From Alphaproteobacteria bacterium (GTDB taxonomy: Bacteria; Pseudomonadota; Alphaproteobacteria; RF32; CAG-239), in NCBI GenBank assembly GCA_017470165.1, contig JAFUEX010000014.1, forward strand, positions 1,076 to 65,075: DNA of 64,000 bases, read 5' to 3'. This document shows, piece by piece, positions 59,101-64,000 of the stretch (its first letter is position 1; each line of letters starts with the position of its first letter). The notes below the pieces were generated by a model, which was given only the letters and a program-made list of their open reading frames with translations, had not been told where the DNA came from and did no database searches. The translations under genes and the position numbers were made by a program.

Positions 59101-59256
59101 CTTGTGGCCACGGCCGGAAATCTCAGCTGCGGTTTGACAATAAACACACTGTGTTTCGGCTATAGCATCATCAGTGTTATGAATATGTGTCGCCACAATA
59201 ACTTGCGCCAACAGCAAACATACCATCGATAATATACTAAGCTGCTTTTTCATCAT
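59008..59256 (-). CDS. Small exported HxH/CxxC metal-binding protein (DUF2946-like), C-terminus probably chimeric
   Basis: MMKKQLSILSMVCLLLAQVIVATHIH...CVYCQTAA. Confidence 0.5.
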   Translation of the reverse strand: MMKKQLSILSMVCLLLAQVIVATHIHNTDDAIAETQCVYCQTAAEISGRGHKLYAKRTQAAYYRIFGRNFRLGGRIIGILLF

Positions 59257-59309
59257 AGCGCATATACTGACACCAAATTTTTCAGTTGTCAATTCAAAGC
59301 TGACCGGTG

Positions 59310-60563
59310 TTATTTTTTCAATTTGTCCTGCAGATATTTCAGCATATATTCACGATACAATTGTCCGAATTCTTTTCCCTTTAGCCGAGCCAGATTTTGT
59401 TGACACGTTTCGCTTAAGGATTTCAAGGTTATGCCTTCCATAATATCGTATATTTCGGTTATGGCGGCGCAAATGGCTTGAAAATCGGCATCATTGCAAT
59501 ATTCATTTAACTTTGTTTCGCCGTAATAATCCGCATAAAAACACCGCAAAAACATTTCCAACAACTTGCGGTTGCGAAAATTGTCACTGATTGAACTAAC
59601 CATATCATATTGCTTGGAAAGCCGCATATTGTTGAATTTGCCGACCCGCATATGCTCGCGGCAAAAAAGCAGAGCAAAGTTGCAATATTCTTTAGGCGTC
59701 TTCAATCTCGAACTTATTTGTTCGATTAATTGCAGGCCGCGAGTTTCGTGACCGTTATGATGCGGCAAAATCTCTAAAGGTGTAGTGCCTTTGCCGTTGT
59801 CGTGATTAAGCACCGCCCATTTGATTAAATCATCATCCTCGCGCACCATAGTCAAAGCGCACATAATATGCTTAAAAGTATTTTCCGATTGGTGATATTT
59901 TTGGATTTCCGGAGTTTCCACCAATTTTTCTAACTCCGAAAACCAACCGTGTAAGCCGCCGATTTCGGCCAGTCCGGCAAAAAATTTGGCCGAATTCGCT
60001 CCCTTTTGCAAGGCGCGCCGTGTTTCTTTCCACACTCTTTCCGCGGTCAAATGCTTCAGCATTCCCGCTGCCACCATTTGGTGTAATATTTCTTTTGTGC
60101 GGGGCTCAATGTCAAAATCCAGCACCGCGGCAAACCGATAAGCGCGCAAAATCCGCAAAGGGTCGGTTTTGAAGTTTTGCTCATCAATTATGCGAATGAT
60201 TTTATTTTCAATATCCTGCCGGCCGTTGAAATAATCGATTATCTCGCCGGTTGTTTCATCCAAAGCAAGGGCATTACACGTGAAATCTCGTCTCAGGCAA
60301 TCGTCATACAAGCTGACATCCGGCGCAAAATTAAAAACAAAATCGGTATGTTTGTCGCCGGTTTTCTTTTCCCGACGTGCCAGAGTATACTCATCCCTCG
60401 TTTGCGGATGCAAAAAAACGGGAAACTCCTTGCCCACCCGTTTGTACCCCAGTGACAGCATCTCCTCAACCGATGCTCCCACCACCACAAAATCTTTATC
60501 ATGCGGCGGCACGCCCCGCAAAATATCTCTTACATATCCGCCTATAATATATTTTTTCATCAT
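59310..60563 (-). CDS. cca: CCA-adding tRNA nucleotidyltransferase with HD domain
   Basis: GGYVRD, DKDFVV, VGKEFPVFLHP, RRDFTCNA, DPLRILRAYRF, ERVWKE, HDNGKG. Confidence 0.93.
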   Translation of the reverse strand: MMKKYIIGGYVRDILRGVPPHDKDFVVVGASVEEMLSLGYKRVGKEFPVFLHPQTRDEYTLARREKKTGDKHTDFVFNFAPDVSLYDDCLRRDFTCNALALDETTGEIIDYFNGRQDIENKIIRIIDEQNFKTDPLRILRAYRFAAVLDFDIEPRTKEILHQMVAAGMLKHLTAERVWKETRRALQKGANSAKFFAGLAEIGGLHGWFSELEKLVETPEIQKYHQSENTFKHIMCALTMVREDDDLIKWAVLNHDNGKGTTPLEILPHHNGHETRGLQLIEQISSRLKTPKEYCNFALLFCREHMRVGKFNNMRLSKQYDMVSSISDNFRNRKLLEMFLRCFYADYYGETKLNEYCNDADFQAICAAITEIYDIMEGITLKSLSETCQQNLARLKGKEFGQLYREYMLKYLQDKLKK

Positions 60564-60632
60564 CCGCCACTTAGCCGCTGATGGCCGGTTTGTCCTCGCC
60601 TTGGTATAAAAAATATCGGCAAACCTCGGCCG

Positions 60633-60806
60633 TCAAACGCATATATCAAGGTTGCCGCCCTTATCTTGCGAGACCGGAACCGAGCGCATCGCATCGGTCA
60701 AAACCTCCAGCAACTGCTGCTGGGTTTCGGCATTTTGCTTAATTATGCTCATCTGCAATTGCTGCATTGAGTTTATATAAGAACCTAAGGCGCCAATTTC
60801 ACTCAT
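60633..60806 (-). CDS. 57-aa YjfB-like small protein (not in ORF track)
   Basis: GAGGAG RBS; MSEIGALGSYINSMQQLQMSIIKQNAETQQQLLEVL...DKGGNLDICV*. Confidence 0.75.
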   Translation of the reverse strand: MSEIGALGSYINSMQQLQMSIIKQNAETQQQLLEVLTDAMRSVPVSQDKGGNLDICV

Positions 60807-60932
60807 CGCGACATCTCCTCACCGCTTTAACATACCCTATAGTATAGCACAAAAAAATTAAAAAATCATTATATTTTTTCCGGCACACCGGAATAATTTA
60901 CGAAGTGCGAGCAAAAATAAAAGGAGGTAAAA

Positions 60933-61340
60933 ATGAAAAAATATTTATATATGGCTTTGGCTTTTAATTTGGCTTTTATCGGCATATTGATGGCGCAAGA
61001 CAACGAAACCGTGGTCTATGGCGCAGCTGCGACCCCAAACGGCGGCGAAAATATAGCCATCGTCACCCAGCCGGCCGACGGCGGTAATCCGCTGGGCAAC
61101 CCGATTGTCGGAAAATATCAACCACCACGGGCTTATAATGCGGCGGATGCCCTGACAACACCGGAAAATCTGCCTGCCTCTTCATCACCCGCTTTGCCGC
61201 CGGCTGCGGCTGATATCGGCCATCCCCAAGGGCGAATGCTGCCCAATCCGGCAATAGAAGAAGCCAAACAACAAGGTGAGTTTGCCGATTTTTTGGAATA
61301 TGAAAACCGAATGCTGAACGCCAATCTTGACGAACATTAA
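60933..61340 (+). CDS. Exported Pro-rich hypothetical protein
   Basis: AAGGAGG RBS, signal peptide, NPLGNPIV motif. Confidence 0.75.
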   Translation: MKKYLYMALAFNLAFIGILMAQDNETVVYGAAATPNGGENIAIVTQPADGGNPLGNPIVGKYQPPRAYNAADALTTPENLPASSSPALPPAAADIGHPQGRMLPNPAIEEAKQQGEFADFLEYENRMLNANLDEH

Positions 61341-61343
61341 TAG

Positions 61344-63071
61344 CTAGTTACATTTCATCTGCAAACGGGAGAGCTGTCCGCATTGCCAGCGCGTATCCCA
61401 AGTATCGGCCGGATTGAGGACAATTTCTTTTTCGCTATCATTAAATGATGAAGTTTGATGGGTAACAAATTTATCATCACAGACGATATTGCCGCTGGAT
61501 TCGGCGTTTTCGGCCAAACCATATTCCGAATCCCCCAACACGCTGGTTATTTTGCCGTATTTGTGCAGATGCAACGCTGCCGTTCCGGAATCCGAGCTGC
61601 CGGTTGATACCAATTTGATAAAAGGCGTATCAATGATGCTATATTGTTTAATCAGGATATTGGCAGCCTCGGCGGTAATTCCTTCCACCACTTTTATCCG
61701 CGAGTTGCAGCCGAAAACAATCCCCTCGGCATCCGGCGAATTGGGCTGTTTATTCTTATAGAACAATTGCCCCTTAATAAACGCCTCCGAATAAGACTTC
61801 ATCACCAGACGTCCGGTCAAATTGCCGCGTATTCCAAGCGAAGTGTTGCTCGCCGCGCTGACATTGCCGTTCAAATCGCCGGATATGGTGAGCTTGGTCA
61901 TATCCGAGATAACCGCATCGGCGCAGACATTGGCAGTCCCGCCAAAACTTACCTTGCCGCCGGCGGTAAATTGCTTGCCGGCAAAGGCGCAGTCTTTAGG
62001 GCTTCCTTGGCTTAGGATTTTCACATTCTTAAGTTCGCCGTTGAGCTCCAGCGTCAAAGGCTCCTCAAAATTGATAATAAAATTGACATTGCTGATGCGC
62101 CGGTTAAACAACTCGCGGTAGATGGGAAAAGTGTTTTGGTTAAGATCAATGGTTACAGTGGGAATTTGCGTGCCCACACAATCAGGCGTAATTTCGCCAT
62201 AAAGTGACATCACCGATGATTTATCCGGATCAAGCTCGGGATTACGGGCATTTTGGGCAATAATGTCCGAATCGGAAAAAGTGTGCAGCGCGTATTTATA
62301 GCAGTTAATTTGACATTTTTGCAAACCGGCGTCCTCAGGGCATGGGATGCCATCCTCGGTGTCTTCGCAACTGCTCAGCAAATAGCCTTGCTCGTGGCAT
62401 ACGGCCTGCGCGGTTTTGCACGAGCTGTAAAGGGTTTTGTCACCTTGGCGGCAAGCGGGAGTATGATGCGAGGTGGGGCCGTATTTACAGTCTTCAAACC
62501 CCTCGCAGGAAGCCTCTACAACCTTGGTTTTGACAACCCCGTCGCAGGTGGTGCAGGTCTCCCCGTTGGAGGTATAACCATAAGGCACATTGCCCAAGGG
62601 ATAAGGATAATCGGGGCAATCATCGCAGCATTTGCCATAGGTGTTGTCATATTCGCAACGTTGGTCGGACAACTGGCATTCTGTGATAGAGCTGTAGCCT
62701 TGCTCGCGGCAGGCTTTGACCGTATCTTTTTGACACACGCGATAGATTTCGAACTTGTTATCGCAAATTTTTACCGGATAAGCCGGCAACAAGCAGTCTT
62801 TGGGTAAAAAGGTAAAGTTATTGTTGCGGCACCATTGCTCCTGCGAGCAGCTACGATAATACGAATCGTGATGCGGGCAGCGGTCGGCAGGGGCTGTCTG
62901 GTTATCACAGTTGGCATAAGTGATTTTATAGCCTTCATCAAGGCATTTTTTCTCGGCGCGGCTCAAGATGTGGTCGGTATATTGGTTGGTGGCATACTCG
63001 GGCACCACGGCCGCCCAAGCCGAGGTGGTAAACAAGCCCAATCCTACTATAAGCCCTATATTTCGCATCAT
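61344..63071 (-). CDS. Secreted protein with N-terminal Cys-rich repeats and beta-helix-like C-terminal half
   Basis: Signal peptide ..TTSAWA; repeated C..(E/Q)GY...C...CP....Y..C; Gly/Asn-rich L.I.G.L.G repeats. Confidence 0.8.
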   Translation of the reverse strand: MMRNIGLIVGLGLFTTSAWAAVVPEYATNQYTDHILSRAEKKCLDEGYKITYANCDNQTAPADRCPHHDSYYRSCSQEQWCRNNNFTFLPKDCLLPAYPVKICDNKFEIYRVCQKDTVKACREQGYSSITECQLSDQRCEYDNTYGKCCDDCPDYPYPLGNVPYGYTSNGETCTTCDGVVKTKVVEASCEGFEDCKYGPTSHHTPACRQGDKTLYSSCKTAQAVCHEQGYLLSSCEDTEDGIPCPEDAGLQKCQINCYKYALHTFSDSDIIAQNARNPELDPDKSSVMSLYGEITPDCVGTQIPTVTIDLNQNTFPIYRELFNRRISNVNFIINFEEPLTLELNGELKNVKILSQGSPKDCAFAGKQFTAGGKVSFGGTANVCADAVISDMTKLTISGDLNGNVSAASNTSLGIRGNLTGRLVMKSYSEAFIKGQLFYKNKQPNSPDAEGIVFGCNSRIKVVEGITAEAANILIKQYSIIDTPFIKLVSTGSSDSGTAALHLHKYGKITSVLGDSEYGLAENAESSGNIVCDDKFVTHQTSSFNDSEKEIVLNPADTWDTRWQCGQLSRLQMKCN

Positions 63072-63248
63072 TTTTTCTCGGTTCAAAACACACTGCTCCA
63101 CGCAATTTTAGCATATAATAACGCATTATATTTAAAATAAAATTAAAAAAATCGACAAAATGTGTTTTTTAGGACTGGATTTAAACCAAATTTTGTGGTA
63201 TGTTAAGCCTGCGTTTAAAAAAATAACAACCAAGATAAGGTGGATAAA

Positions 63249-63764
63249 ATGAATAAAAAAGTAACAGTACACAATCCCTATGCTACCGGAGAATATGTGG
63301 TTTATCCGGCGCACGGGGTCGGCAAAGTGACGGATGTCACCAAGCAAAACATTGCCGGCAGCGAGTTGGAGCTGATTGTGGTTAATTTTGACAAAGACAA
63401 GATGACCTTACGGATTCCTATGGCCAAGGCCACTGCCTCGGGCTTGCGCAAAATTTCGACCAACGAGACGATGAGCGACGCCTTAACAACCTTAAAAGGC
63501 AAGGCCAAGGTGAAAAAGGTGATGTGGTCACGGCGGGCACAGGAATATGAGAACAAAATCAATTCCGGCTCACCGGTGGCGATAGCCGAGGTTATCCGCG
63601 ACTTGCACCGCAATGAGAATCTGGCCGACCAATCGTATTCGGAGCGGCAGATTTATGAGCAGGCTCTGGATCGCTTGTCCAATGAATACGCCGTCTGTGA
63701 GAATATCAGTTCAGCAGAAGCTACGCAAAAAATATTGGACATACTAACCAAACCGGTTTTATAG
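63249..63764 (+). CDS. carD: CarD family transcription regulator
   Basis: GEYVVYPAHGVG, MTLRIP, MWSRRAQEYENKINSG, QSYSERQIYE. Confidence 0.93.
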   Translation: MNKKVTVHNPYATGEYVVYPAHGVGKVTDVTKQNIAGSELELIVVNFDKDKMTLRIPMAKATASGLRKISTNETMSDALTTLKGKAKVKKVMWSRRAQEYENKINSGSPVAIAEVIRDLHRNENLADQSYSERQIYEQALDRLSNEYAVCENISSAEATQKILDILTKPVL

Positions 63765-63773
63765 CAACTTATC

Positions 63774-63804
63774 ACAGCCTCTTAAATTTTTAAGAGGCTG
63801 TTTT
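63774..63804 (+). terminator. Intrinsic terminator after carD
   Basis: ACAGCCTCTTAAA-TT-TTTAAGAGGCTGT-TTT. Confidence 0.8.
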
Positions 63805-63929
63805 GTTAATAAACGCACAAAAAAAATTGCCTGAACGCCTAATGGTGTTTAGTATGAAAAGGGTGAGGTTTTTTACCCTTGTATTATGCTTAGATTAGAT
63901 TTTCGCGTTTGGTCCGCCGTTTTGAGGCT

Positions 63930-64000
63930 CTCCAGCTGTCCTGTTTTCTTTTTTGTCACCACTTGGAAGGCTCTTGTGTTCTGTCTTGCCTGATCCGCCA
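63930..64000 (-). repeat. Probable tail of another REP-like array (opposite orientation), cut by the window end
   Basis: Minus strand is purine-rich with AAGACAG, GGTGACA and GGACAG units, as in the other two arrays. Confidence 0.4.

Overview
A compact, mostly housekeeping chromosomal window from a Gram-negative bacterium. The mlaD-mlaD-DUF2155 cluster, CarD, adhE and glgB/glgX/malQ suggest an anaerobic, fermentative alphaproteobacterium such as the gut RF32/Rhodospirillales-like lineages; this is an inference, not a classification. Core content: adhE (truncated by the window edge), two inverted MsbA-like paralogs, a Gld-type ABC operon, tRNA-Pro(CGG), class II lysS, a short divergent metK behind a SAM-II/V-like riboswitch, mtnN, an RND pump, glycogen genes, MATE, a U32 protein, CPA2 and NhaA antiporters, an ECF sigma operon with a probable autoregulatory promoter, cca and carD. 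The accessory and unusual content is as follows. (i) A ~2000-aa secreted Cys-rich repeat protein built from blocks with different codon usage. (ii) A family of REP-like palindromes (GAGACCCC...GGGRTGACA) with purine-rich GTGACA-unit tails, found next to the two giant orphan genes. (iii) A 1131-aa orphan with YD-like repeats. (iv) An AT-rich GT-C / radical SAM / GT2 cassette with an intragenic G9 tract. (v) A decayed serine-recombinase island at tRNA-Gln carrying a DHH-like gene whose promoter spacer contains G9. No CRISPR array, reverse transcriptase or intact transposase was seen. All family assignments come from motif recognition by eye; no database searches were run.
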